This document shows, piece after piece, positions 18,909 to 29,910 of a stretch of 64,000 nt of DNA; positions within the stretch are counted from its first letter, which is position 1; every line of letters starts with the position of its first letter. A model generated the notes under the pieces. The model did not search any database. It was not told the origin of the DNA and saw nothing but the letters and a program-made list of their open reading frames with translations. Location: the NCBI GenBank assembly GCA_019912965.1, contig JAIOHM010000159.1, positions 55,650 to 119,649 on the forward strand, in the 5' to 3' direction. The DNA is from Anaerolineae bacterium (GTDB lineage: Bacteria; Chloroflexota; Anaerolineae; Aggregatilineales; Phototrophicaceae). Made by a program: the position numbers and the translations under genes.

Positions 18909-21599
18909 ATGAAACAGATTATTCGAATGATTGGCCTGTTGGCACTGCTGCTGACAATGGCAATCAGCAGTGCCAGTGTTATGGCGCAAGGTGGCGATGG
19001 GCAAGTTCGTTTTGTTCACGCCATTCCCGGTGCGTCGGCAATAGACGTATATACCGATGGGCAACTGACTGCCAGCGATTTGACCTTTGGCGACGCAACC
19101 ACCTACGCCACGATACCAGCAGGCGATCATCAATTGGTTGTCACTGTGGCAGGAGCGGGTACAGCATCACCTATCTGGCAGCAAACCCTCAGCGTCCCGA
19201 ATGCAACCCCTCTAACACTGGTGGCGGCTTCGGCTTCGGAATCGAGTTTCCTGGTTTATCAGGATGATTTGAACCCGATTGGACTAGGTAAAGCCCGCCT
19301 TTCGGCTATTCACGCCATCAGCGGCGGGCCAACTGTTGATTTGGTGCTGACAGATGGGCGTCCGGTCATTCCCGCACTGGAATATGGTGTACAACAGTTA
19401 CCGGGTACGTTGGATGTTCCAGCATTTGCCTATGATTTTGCCGTTGTTCCCAGTGGGTCGGGTGTTGATCAAGCCATTGTGACCGCGAATACAGTTGCAC
19501 TCGGCAGCAATACATCTTACATGTTGGTGGTCTACGGAACAGCCGAAAGTCCGGCTGTGCTTGCACTGACTGCACCAACCCAACCTGAAACTGCGGGCGG
19601 GTTTGTGCGCGTTATTCATGGCGTGAGTGACGCACCGGATGTCGATGTTTATGTAAATGACACGTTGATTTTCCCATCGCTGGGTGTAGCAGGCTTTACC
19701 CCGCATACCAGCGTCGCAGCAGGCAGCTATGATGTCACGATCAAGCCCGCAGGTTCACCGGATACACTGACCACTGCCACACTCACTGTAGAAAGCGGTG
19801 CAACCGTTACAGTGGCAGCATTGGGTACGGTTGATGAACTCAGCCTGAATGTGTTTGAAGATAATGTAGCCGGGGTTGAAGCGGGACAGGCGCGGGTTGC
19901 ACTCATTAACGGGTTACCCGACACCATCAACGCAGCCTTGGCAGATGGCACAGCCCTCGCCAGCGATTTAGCATTTGGTACAGAGGGTGAAGCCGTCAGC
20001 TTTGCACCTAGTAAACAGGCAATTAGCCTGCTGGTGGGCGAAAATTCGGCTGACATCCCTGACGAAAACTTCTACGGCGGCGTGTATTACAACCTGCTGG
20101 TGATGGAGTATCGCAACCTGCCCTACATCGTGGTTGCGCCAACCAGTTTGGCACAGGGTATCGCCAGCGCACCTGCTGCAGGAAGTACAGCAGTCGTTGA
20201 AGTACCTACTGCTGATGCAGCGGCGGTCGCCGTAGTGGCTACACCAACCCTTCCCCCGCCGCCTGCCGCAACAGTGCCGGGTATCACCGGGCGAGTGTTT
20301 AATCTGGATGCTGATCGCAACCTGCAACTCCGTCAGTACCCGAACAGCACAGCCCTTTCGCTGGCAACAGTACCACCCAATACGGTGCTGGTCGTCAACG
20401 GGCGTGAAGGGGAAATTATTCCGCTGCCCAACAGCGCGACTCCCACTCCACCAGCAGATTACACCTATACAGACCCTGCCAGTTTGCTGGCCGAAGATGA
20501 AGATCTTGACCCGAATGCAACCTGGTTAAGCGTGACATATACAACGCCAGATGGGGGTTCGATTACCGCTTGGGCCAACGCTCTATATGTGGACGTGCGG
20601 AATGATCGTGGCGAACGGGTACTGTTAGCAACACTGCCGACTGTTCCAGCCAATCAACCCGGCGATGTGGATAACACCGCGGTTACACCGCCGCCAGTTC
20701 CGCAAGATCGCGTTGCCGCAATTGTATTCAACCTTGATCCGGGCATTAATCTGAATATCCGCCGCACACCAGATGTCAATGGCGAAGTACTGGCACGTCT
20801 GCCGAACGGCACTGTCATGGAATTCGTCGGCATCAAGGAAGATCAGCAGTGGGTATTTGTGCGTTACTCGCCTGCCGAGGGTGGCAGCGTTACCGGATGG
20901 GTAAGCGCGACTTACGTACAATACACCTATAACAGCCGCTTGATTGATCTGGAAGAAATCGAAACACGCGACCTGCTGGCTATCATCGCGGACGACACCC
21001 GCGGCGAGACGGGTGCAGGTGCAGCCTCAGTGGTCGTCCCAACCGTTGACCCTGTGAAAGATCGGTATGTTGCAGTGGTTTCGCTGGATGCAGGTTCAAA
21101 CCTGAACCTGCGCCGCAACCCGACTCAGAATTCGGAAGTGCTGGCACAAATTCCCAGCGGCACACAACTCCTTGTAAACACCCGTACCGCCGACGAATTA
21201 TGGCTGAATGTGACGTTCGAGGGTGTGGATGGCTGGATTGCTGCCAAGACCGATTTGGCACAGTTTGTACGACTGACTTTTAATGGCAAACCTGCTGAAA
21301 TCGCCCAAGTACCAATTGCTGTCGAGGGTAACATTGCAGCAGGTACACCCTCAGTCATCGTCACTCCTACTGCGGGGCCAACCGCTGAAGGTTCTTTACC
21401 TTTTAACCCTCAGCCATACAAGGTGACGGATGTAGCAATACAAATGACCGGTTCGCCGGGTGGAAACGCAGACGGCTTGCCGATCATTTTCCAAGGACAG
21501 GAAGTTACCCAACTGTTCACCGATGGCACATTCAGCTTCATTGAACTGCCCGACACGACCCAGGGCTGGGTGCCAGCCGGATCAATCCAACCTCGTTAG
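18909..21599 (+). CDS. Secreted protein with four DUF4397-like repeats and multiple bacterial SH3 domains
   Basis: Signal peptide; VRFVHA/VRVIHG..DVDVY repeats; NL.LR..P...GW SH3 motifs; Pro/Thr/Ala linkers. Confidence 0.8.
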   Translation: MKQIIRMIGLLALLLTMAISSASVMAQGGDGQVRFVHAIPGASAIDVYTDGQLTASDLTFGDATTYATIPAGDHQLVVTVAGAGTASPIWQQTLSVPNATPLTLVAASASESSFLVYQDDLNPIGLGKARLSAIHAISGGPTVDLVLTDGRPVIPALEYGVQQLPGTLDVPAFAYDFAVVPSGSGVDQAIVTANTVALGSNTSYMLVVYGTAESPAVLALTAPTQPETAGGFVRVIHGVSDAPDVDVYVNDTLIFPSLGVAGFTPHTSVAAGSYDVTIKPAGSPDTLTTATLTVESGATVTVAALGTVDELSLNVFEDNVAGVEAGQARVALINGLPDTINAALADGTALASDLAFGTEGEAVSFAPSKQAISLLVGENSADIPDENFYGGVYYNLLVMEYRNLPYIVVAPTSLAQGIASAPAAGSTAVVEVPTADAAAVAVVATPTLPPPPAATVPGITGRVFNLDADRNLQLRQYPNSTALSLATVPPNTVLVVNGREGEIIPLPNSATPTPPADYTYTDPASLLAEDEDLDPNATWLSVTYTTPDGGSITAWANALYVDVRNDRGERVLLATLPTVPANQPGDVDNTAVTPPPVPQDRVAAIVFNLDPGINLNIRRTPDVNGEVLARLPNGTVMEFVGIKEDQQWVFVRYSPAEGGSVTGWVSATYVQYTYNSRLIDLEEIETRDLLAIIADDTRGETGAGAASVVVPTVDPVKDRYVAVVSLDAGSNLNLRRNPTQNSEVLAQIPSGTQLLVNTRTADELWLNVTFEGVDGWIAAKTDLAQFVRLTFNGKPAEIAQVPIAVEGNIAAGTPSVIVTPTAGPTAEGSLPFNPQPYKVTDVAIQMTGSPGGNADGLPIIFQGQEVTQLFTDGTFSFIELPDTTQGWVPAGSIQPR

Positions 21600-21627
21600 A
21601 TTGACAAATCTTTCGTAATGGACATCG

Positions 21628-21663
21628 AAAGTCCTGCAAGCCAGTGGTTTGCAGGACTTTTTT
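21628..21663 (+). terminator. Rho-independent terminator
   Basis: AAAGTCCTGCAA/TTGCAGGACTTT stem plus T-run. Confidence 0.85.
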
Positions 21664-21732
21664 GTGAATGGCGTTTAGTGAATAGGCGAGTACAATCGGC
21701 GTATTGTGTCGTTTGGTGTCGAGGACTGTGTT

Positions 21733-23787
21733 ATGTTGCGTATCCGTAAATTTGCTCTATTACTAACAATCACCCTGATAGTTTCTGCCTGTGCTCAAGG
21801 CACACCCAACACACCATTCCCCACCACACCTGAATCAACTGCCGAAACCATATCCCCTATCCCTCTACCAACCAATGCTCAACTCCCTGCTCAAACTTCG
21901 ACCGAGCCGTCGCTGCTACGAATTATTAATGCCTCAACAGGTACTTCAGCTTTGAACCTCACCGCTGGCTTTCTGACAATTGCCAGCAATCTCAGTTCTG
22001 GTCAATCAACACAGCCAATTGAAATCGATGCGGGCGAAACGGTTTTCAAAATCAGCATCAGTGGATCGCGCTCCAATGATGTGCCAATTCTGGAAAAAAC
22101 ACTGACACTGAACAGTGGCGAACCAACACTGCTGCTTGTAACTGGAAGCGAAAGCCAACTTGACCTTTTAACGCTGCCAGAAACACTGCAACCCGTCAAT
22201 AGTGGCGAAAGCATCATCACCCTGATTAACGCCGCAAGCGATACAACCGCAATCAAGTTACAGCAAAATGGGCAAGACCTGACCACACCAATTCCTTTTG
22301 GGCAGACAATCACAACTGGAACGCTACCAACTGGTGAAGTAGTTTTAGTGTTCTACAGTGGTGAAACCAAATTATTGGATTACCCCACCGAACTGGAAGC
22401 CCAGCAAGCCTATACGCTGATTTTGGGCGGAAGCACATCACAGCCCAACATAACTCTCTTTTCAGTCAATGCTCCTACACGAACCAGCGCAAGGGCAATC
22501 AATGCATCCTCAGAAATTGGTACGGTTGATGTATATCTCAACGAAACACTCTTGGCAGGTGTGGTTGAATTTGGGCGACCAACCGAACGGCAAAACATTA
22601 TCTCCGGCGAATACACGTTAAGCATCTATCCAGCAGGTGCAGACCGGAGCACAACAGCGCCTTTCGCCAGTAAAACTGTGACGATCGGTACTGAAGCGAA
22701 TATAGCCCTGATTTTGCTAGGTGCAGCGGAGAATCTGGAGGTTGTTTCGTATGAAGAAAACCTGAAACCAACACCGCCAGATGAAGCACGAATCGCTGTT
22801 GTAAACACTTTAAGTCAATTCGCATCTATTCACCTGGAGATGGGTTCGGGGCCGCTGCCGGGTGTGCCCGATATGCGTTATGGGGATGCACCGGTTATCT
22901 TGAATTTGCAAGGGCACAGCCTAAATTTCTACATCACCGGGGTTGACCCCAATGGTGTCAACAATACGGTTGAAGTGGTAGAAAATATCCTGTTTGAGCC
23001 GGGGCGGAGTTACCTGTATCTGGTTACAGGACGATTGGATAATAACCCAATCATTTTGAGCGAGAGTGTAGGCACTGATGAAAATCTACAGGCTGACGAT
23101 AATGGAACCCCTCAAGCCGTTGAGGTTGGTTCTCAAATTCGTTTCATTAACGCACTTGCCGATGGCAACCCCGTTGATTTCGTAGTGGGTGAGACACCTG
23201 TAGCAACTGCTATTGGTTATGGTCAGGCTAGTGCATTAATTACAGTAGATCAACGCACACTGACAATTGGGGTGCGGAATAGCGGCGGCAGTAGCAATCT
23301 GGCAAGTATTGACAATCTGATTGAGAATAACCAGCAATACACCTTAATCGCCTATGGAACCCAAGATTCGGCGCAAATGCTGCTGTTGCCGGATGCAGAG
23401 TTAATATCCGATTCCAGTACACCACGTCTGCGTTTTGTAAATCTGAGTGCATCAGCAGATATTATGCTCGGACTGGGGTTTGCCAGTGTTAGCGCCACTC
23501 CAGCAGCAGAAGCGACGGCAAATGTTGGCGAAGAAGACGATCAACGCACAACCATCCCATTTGATGTACAACACATTCTCGAAGATATTGCCGGCGGCAG
23601 TACATCCAACGTCATCTCGATGCCAACCGGTACATTTGATCTACTGATACTGGATACTGGACTGGATATGTTGGCGACTCTCATTTCGGGGGCGGAATTA
23701 GAGACCGGGATGCAATATGATGTGATCGCCTATCAAGAAACCAGTTCGCCCCGTGTGCGTGCGTTCCTGCTCGTGTATTCAAACTGA
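21733..23787 (+). CDS. Lipoprotein with six DUF4397-like repeats
   Basis: Lipobox IVSAC; repeats beginning LRIINAS, ITLINAA, ARAINAS, IAVVNTL, IRFINAL, LRFVNLS. Confidence 0.78.
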   Translation: MLRIRKFALLLTITLIVSACAQGTPNTPFPTTPESTAETISPIPLPTNAQLPAQTSTEPSLLRIINASTGTSALNLTAGFLTIASNLSSGQSTQPIEIDAGETVFKISISGSRSNDVPILEKTLTLNSGEPTLLLVTGSESQLDLLTLPETLQPVNSGESIITLINAASDTTAIKLQQNGQDLTTPIPFGQTITTGTLPTGEVVLVFYSGETKLLDYPTELEAQQAYTLILGGSTSQPNITLFSVNAPTRTSARAINASSEIGTVDVYLNETLLAGVVEFGRPTERQNIISGEYTLSIYPAGADRSTTAPFASKTVTIGTEANIALILLGAAENLEVVSYEENLKPTPPDEARIAVVNTLSQFASIHLEMGSGPLPGVPDMRYGDAPVILNLQGHSLNFYITGVDPNGVNNTVEVVENILFEPGRSYLYLVTGRLDNNPIILSESVGTDENLQADDNGTPQAVEVGSQIRFINALADGNPVDFVVGETPVATAIGYGQASALITVDQRTLTIGVRNSGGSSNLASIDNLIENNQQYTLIAYGTQDSAQMLLLPDAELISDSSTPRLRFVNLSASADIMLGLGFASVSATPAAEATANVGEEDDQRTTIPFDVQHILEDIAGGSTSNVISMPTGTFDLLILDTGLDMLATLISGAELETGMQYDVIAYQETSSPRVRAFLLVYSN

Positions 23788-23877
23788 TGAGAATAAAGGG
23801 CATCCCTTCAAGGCATATCATTCATCAGCTATAATATCGGTACGCAGCAGACTTACAATACCTATGGGGCAGCCAAC

Positions 23878-24825
23878 GTGCGAATTCTTATCACGGGCGC
23901 AGGCGGGTTCGTCGGCGAACATCTTGCGCGCAGCCTTTTACAGGCAACACCAGAAGCCGAACTACATGGCACGACACTCAACCCAATACCTGATCGCCCT
24001 AGCATTACTTTTCATGTACTCGATCTGAAAGATGAAAAAGCCGTCCAACATCTGCTGGACAAGATACATCCCGATCACATTTACCATCTTGCAGCCCAGG
24101 CTTCTCCCCGCCGTTCGTTTGAAGTTCCATGGGAAACGCTGGAAAACAATATCCATGCCCAGCTTAATATCATCCAAAGCTGCTTGAGTCTTCGGCTTCA
24201 AGCACGCATTCTGGTAGTAAGTTCGGCAGAGATTTATGGCCCAACACGACCAGAGCAGCAGCCGATTAAAGAAGATGCGCCATTCAAACCAACCAATCCG
24301 TATGGTGTGAGCAAGGTTACTCAAGATATGCTGGGTTTGCAGTATTTCCTGAGCCATAAACTGCCTATTTTACGGGCACGCCCTTTCAATCATATCGGTC
24401 CCGGTCAGAGTGAAGGCTTTGTCGCTACCGATTTTGCCAGTCAAATCGCCCGAATTGAAGCTGGCAAAAAAGCACCAGTGATCGAAGTAGGCAATCTGGG
24501 GGCACAACGCGATTTTACGGATGTACGCGATGTGGTGCGCGCTTATCGCTTAATTATGGAAAAGGGCACAGCAGGCGAGGTTTATAATATTGCCTCTGGC
24601 ATGGCATACAGTATTCAAAAGGTGCTCGACATTCTGCTTAGTTACAGCACCGTGCCAATTGATGTACGGGTTGACCAGACGCGGATGATGCCGATTGATG
24701 TACCCATTATTCAGGGTGACGCCAGTCGTCTGCGCCAGTCAACCGGATGGCAACCGAGCATTCCATTTGAACAGTCGCTGCTGGATGTATTGAATGATTG
24801 GCGAACACGCATACAGCAAAAATAA
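23878..24825 (+). CDS. rmd: GDP-4-keto-6-deoxy-D-mannose reductase-like extended SDR
   Basis: GAGGFVG, HLAAQ, SSAEIYG, YGVSK, RPFNHIGPGQ, RDFTDVRDVV; directly upstream of gmd. Confidence 0.75.
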   Translation: MRILITGAGGFVGEHLARSLLQATPEAELHGTTLNPIPDRPSITFHVLDLKDEKAVQHLLDKIHPDHIYHLAAQASPRRSFEVPWETLENNIHAQLNIIQSCLSLRLQARILVVSSAEIYGPTRPEQQPIKEDAPFKPTNPYGVSKVTQDMLGLQYFLSHKLPILRARPFNHIGPGQSEGFVATDFASQIARIEAGKKAPVIEVGNLGAQRDFTDVRDVVRAYRLIMEKGTAGEVYNIASGMAYSIQKVLDILLSYSTVPIDVRVDQTRMMPIDVPIIQGDASRLRQSTGWQPSIPFEQSLLDVLNDWRTRIQQK

Positions 24826-26648
<1,823 letters not shown>

Positions 26649-26653
26649 ACACA

Positions 26654-26682
26654 AATGGGCGAATTTCAATAATTCGCCCATT
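26654..26682. terminator. Hairpin between convergent genes, probable bidirectional terminator
   Basis: AATGGGCGAATT/AATTCGCCCATT 12-bp stem. Confidence 0.7.
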
Positions 26683-26702
26683 GGATACAAGTTGTCAGCT
26701 TT

Positions 26703-27698
26703 CTAAGCGGGAGTAGCTTCCACCGCTGGTGTACCGGGTTGGTTAATGCGTTCGGTCAAGCGCTCACGGAAAGTCGCTAAACGTTCGTCCACCTGCTCCT
26801 GAGTTAGCCGCCCATTTTCAAGGGCGCGGTTTAGCCGTTCCTCGACCCCAGCAACAACCCCATCAATGAAGGCCGTTACATCGCCCCCATTTTCAGTCAG
26901 GACATCAGCCAACGATTTGCCCTCACGGATTTGCTGGATAATTTCACGCGGTTCTAGTCCAGTCTGTTCCGCTGCCTGACGAACCACTGCCATGCCAACA
27001 GCTACTTCTGCGGCGCGGCGCTCAAATTCACCATTCACAGCCTGCATGTACAAATCGGGCAAGGATGTGATTAATTCATCAGCCTGTTCCTGCCCCAGAC
27101 GTTCGGCCATAACCGCTGCATTGATCTGTTCAGTCGCTGTTGTGACCGCATCATTCACCACATTTTCCACACTGCCGCCATTAGCAATGATAATTTCCGC
27201 TAAAGTGCTACCCTGCATCATTTGCTGCAAAATCTGAGTGGGACGCAAACCCGTTTCGGTCGATGTAGCACGCAGCAGGATACGCTCAGAAGCACGGCGC
27301 ATTGGGCCTGTGTCCAAACGATTTGGGAACAACTCACCATTCATAGAGCGTGTCACAACATCCGGCAAATTGGTCAACAGTCGGTCAGCGCGTTCTTGCG
27401 TGATTCTGCCCTCGGTGACCGCAGTATTGATGGCTTCAGTCAGCGAAGTCACCGACTGGTCGATAACGCTTTGGACATCACCACCATTGTTTTCAATAAT
27501 CTCACCAAGCGTCAAACCTTCCTGTAGCTGAAGGATTATTTCACGCGGCTCAAGACCCGTTTCAGTTGTGATGATGTCAATCACAGCTCGAATACCCTGC
27601 CGCTGAATGCGTGTTGGCTCCTGCGCGCTGGCAACGCTAAAACCAAAGACGATTAAGGCAATTAGCCCAGTGATAACCACAAACTTCTTAAGATTCAT
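26703..27698 (-). CDS. Secreted helical protein with three ~100-aa repeats
   Basis: Signal peptide ending ASA-Q; three copies of TGL.P.(E/Q)I...G.(T/S)L.....NGG.V...(G/E)R..QE..D; RBS AAGGAG. Confidence 0.8.
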   Translation of the reverse strand: MNLKKFVVITGLIALIVFGFSVASAQEPTRIQRQGIRAVIDIITTETGLEPREIILQLQEGLTLGEIIENNGGDVQSVIDQSVTSLTEAINTAVTEGRITQERADRLLTNLPDVVTRSMNGELFPNRLDTGPMRRASERILLRATSTETGLRPTQILQQMMQGSTLAEIIIANGGSVENVVNDAVTTATEQINAAVMAERLGQEQADELITSLPDLYMQAVNGEFERRAAEVAVGMAVVRQAAEQTGLEPREIIQQIREGKSLADVLTENGGDVTAFIDGVVAGVEERLNRALENGRLTQEQVDERLATFRERLTERINQPGTPAVEATPA

Positions 27699-27729
27699 CC
27701 GAATGCTCCTTCTTGAATTCACTCACTTT

Positions 27730-27774
27730 ATCGTATGCCTATCGTCAGGTAAAAGTGTTATCGAAGTGTAATCG
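27730..27774 (-). promoter_or_regulatory. Promoter with 11-bp tandem direct repeat at the -35 position
   Basis: AAGTGTTATCG/AAGTGTAATCG at 27753 and 27764; minus-strand -10 TACGAT at 27730-27735. Confidence 0.5.
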
Positions 27775-27797
27775 AAACGTAGAAGCCTCGTAAATTC

Positions 27798-27806
27798 TGT
27801 TATAAT
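27798..27806 (+). promoter_or_regulatory. Consensus extended -10 promoter of the glycosyltransferase operon
   Basis: TG-T-TATAAT. Confidence 0.65.
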
Positions 27807-27841
27807 GGCGTCCGTTTTAGGTATAAAAAGGGTCTTTTAGG

Positions 27842-28771
27842 TTGACTGATCTTTCGATCATTATCGTTAGTTGGAATGTGGCACAGTTACTAAAGGCCTG
27901 TCTCAACAGCGTTCTGCAAACAAACACCACGCCATACAACATTGAAATTATCGTGGTGGATTCTGGCAGCATCGACGAGACAGTGGAATTTTTGAAACAC
28001 GGTTATCCAAAGGTCAAACTGTTGGCACAGACCGAAAATCTGGGTTTTACCCGTTGCAACAACATTGGCTTGGCTGCCGCAAAGGGGCGACACTTGATGC
28101 TGCTAAATCCAGATACTGAAGTGATTGGGGATGCACTGCCGCAAATGATTGCCTATCTGGATAATAATCCTATGGTGGGCATCATCGGGCCACACACATT
28201 GAATACAGATGGCACTCATCAGTCCACTCGGCGACGATTTCCAACATTGGCGGTCGCCATATTTGAAAGTACATGGTTGCAACCGTTCGCGCCCAAATCT
28301 CTCCTTGATCGCTACTATGTGCGCGAAATTGCGGATACTGCAACTGCGGATATCGATTGGGTACAAGGTTCAGCATTAATGACGCGGCGCGAAGTCTATA
28401 CCCAAATTGGTGGGCTAGATGAAGGGTATGTGATGTACTCCGAAGAAATGGATTGGTGCCGACGCGCCAAAGATGCCGGTTGGCGCGTAATTTATTTGGG
28501 ATCGGCACAGATTATCCATCATGGCGGCAAAAGCACCGAACAAGCTACAGCCCGTAAACACATCCATTTCCAAGAGAGCAAACTGCGCTACTTCCACAAA
28601 TATCACGGCGCATTAACCGCCCAACTTTTGCGAACATTTCTGTTCCTCAATTACGGTTGGCAGATCGGGCTGGAAAGCATTAAAGCATTGCTGGGTCACA
28701 AACGCAGCCTACGCCAAGAACGTATTCGTACCTACTGGCAAGTAATGCGCTCTGGGTTGAAGGTCGGCTAA
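27842..28771 (+). CDS. GT2 glycosyltransferase (rhamnosyltransferase WbbL-like)
   Basis: SIIIVSWN, VVDSGS, NLGF, LLNPD, GGLDEGY.MYSEEMDWC. Confidence 0.92.
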   Translation: MTDLSIIIVSWNVAQLLKACLNSVLQTNTTPYNIEIIVVDSGSIDETVEFLKHGYPKVKLLAQTENLGFTRCNNIGLAAAKGRHLMLLNPDTEVIGDALPQMIAYLDNNPMVGIIGPHTLNTDGTHQSTRRRFPTLAVAIFESTWLQPFAPKSLLDRYYVREIADTATADIDWVQGSALMTRREVYTQIGGLDEGYVMYSEEMDWCRRAKDAGWRVIYLGSAQIIHHGGKSTEQATARKHIHFQESKLRYFHKYHGALTAQLLRTFLFLNYGWQIGLESIKALLGHKRSLRQERIRTYWQVMRSGLKVG

Positions 28772-29910
28772 TGCGGATTGGGATTGTTACTGGGGAATAT
28801 CCACCGATGCAGGGCGGCGTGGGAGCATACACCCAAATCCTTGCGCGAGCGTTATCCCAACAGGGTCAGACTATTTCAGTGCTGACCAACGTGCAGGGGC
28901 AAGATAAAGACCCGACCATTAAGCTCAAAAACAATATTGTCAAATGGAATTTTGGCACTTTAAACACCATCCATGATTGGGCAAAGTATGAACAGTTGGA
29001 GGTTATCAATCTTCAGTTTCAAACGGCTGCCTACAATATGTCACCTTGGATACATTTTTTACCGGATGTAATAAGCGGTGTTCCAGTCGTCACAACCTTC
29101 CACGATCTACGTTTTCCATATTTATTTCCAAAGGCGGGAGGACTGCGTAAGCGCATTGTGAAGCATCTAGCAGAAGTATCAGATGCAATTATTGCCACTA
29201 ACCATGAGGACTTTGAACAGCTCAATTATGTATCGCACAAAACGCTGATTCCCATCGGCAGCAATATTCTGAAGACAGTCCCGCTCAATTTTGAATCGAA
29301 TATATGGCGGGCAAAAGCTGGCGCGCAGGCGGATGATTTTCTGATCGCTTATTTCGGTCTGTTTAACCACACCAAAGGATTGGAAACCCTCCTAACCAGC
29401 TTCCATAACCTACACAAAAGCGGCATTCCGGCCCGATTGATATTCGTCGGTGGCGGCGCAGGCAGCAGCGATCCCAGCAATGCAACATTCATTAATCAGA
29501 TGAACCAACAAATTGAACAGCTTAAATTGAATGAATACATCTGCCGTACCGGGTATTTAGAGAATGACGCGGAAGTTGGTGCTTACCTGACTGCCAGTGA
29601 TGTGGTCGCCCTGCCCTTTCTGGATGGCGCATCGTACCGACGTGGGAGCTTAATGGCAGCAATTCATTATGGTTGCCCAATTGTGACCACCCAACCACAG
29701 ACGCCCATTTCCACCTTTAAGGATGGGGAAAATATGCGACTGGTGAAATCGGGGGACAGCGTAGCATTGACCAGCGCCCTCCGCGAACTTCACGAGTCGC
29801 CTGAACTGCGAAAACATTTACAACATGGAGCAGCGAAACTAGCCAACGAATTTGAGTGGTTGCACATTGCACAGGCACACATTCAATTTTTCCAGCAGGT
29901 GGCTTCATGA
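28771..29910 (+). CDS. GT4 glycosyltransferase
   Basis: GEYPP..GGV, TTFHD, YFG....KG, ASDVVALP; GT-B fold pattern. Confidence 0.9.
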   Translation: MRIGIVTGEYPPMQGGVGAYTQILARALSQQGQTISVLTNVQGQDKDPTIKLKNNIVKWNFGTLNTIHDWAKYEQLEVINLQFQTAAYNMSPWIHFLPDVISGVPVVTTFHDLRFPYLFPKAGGLRKRIVKHLAEVSDAIIATNHEDFEQLNYVSHKTLIPIGSNILKTVPLNFESNIWRAKAGAQADDFLIAYFGLFNHTKGLETLLTSFHNLHKSGIPARLIFVGGGAGSSDPSNATFINQMNQQIEQLKLNEYICRTGYLENDAEVGAYLTASDVVALPFLDGASYRRGSLMAAIHYGCPIVTTQPQTPISTFKDGENMRLVKSGDSVALTSALRELHESPELRKHLQHGAAKLANEFEWLHIAQAHIQFFQQVAS

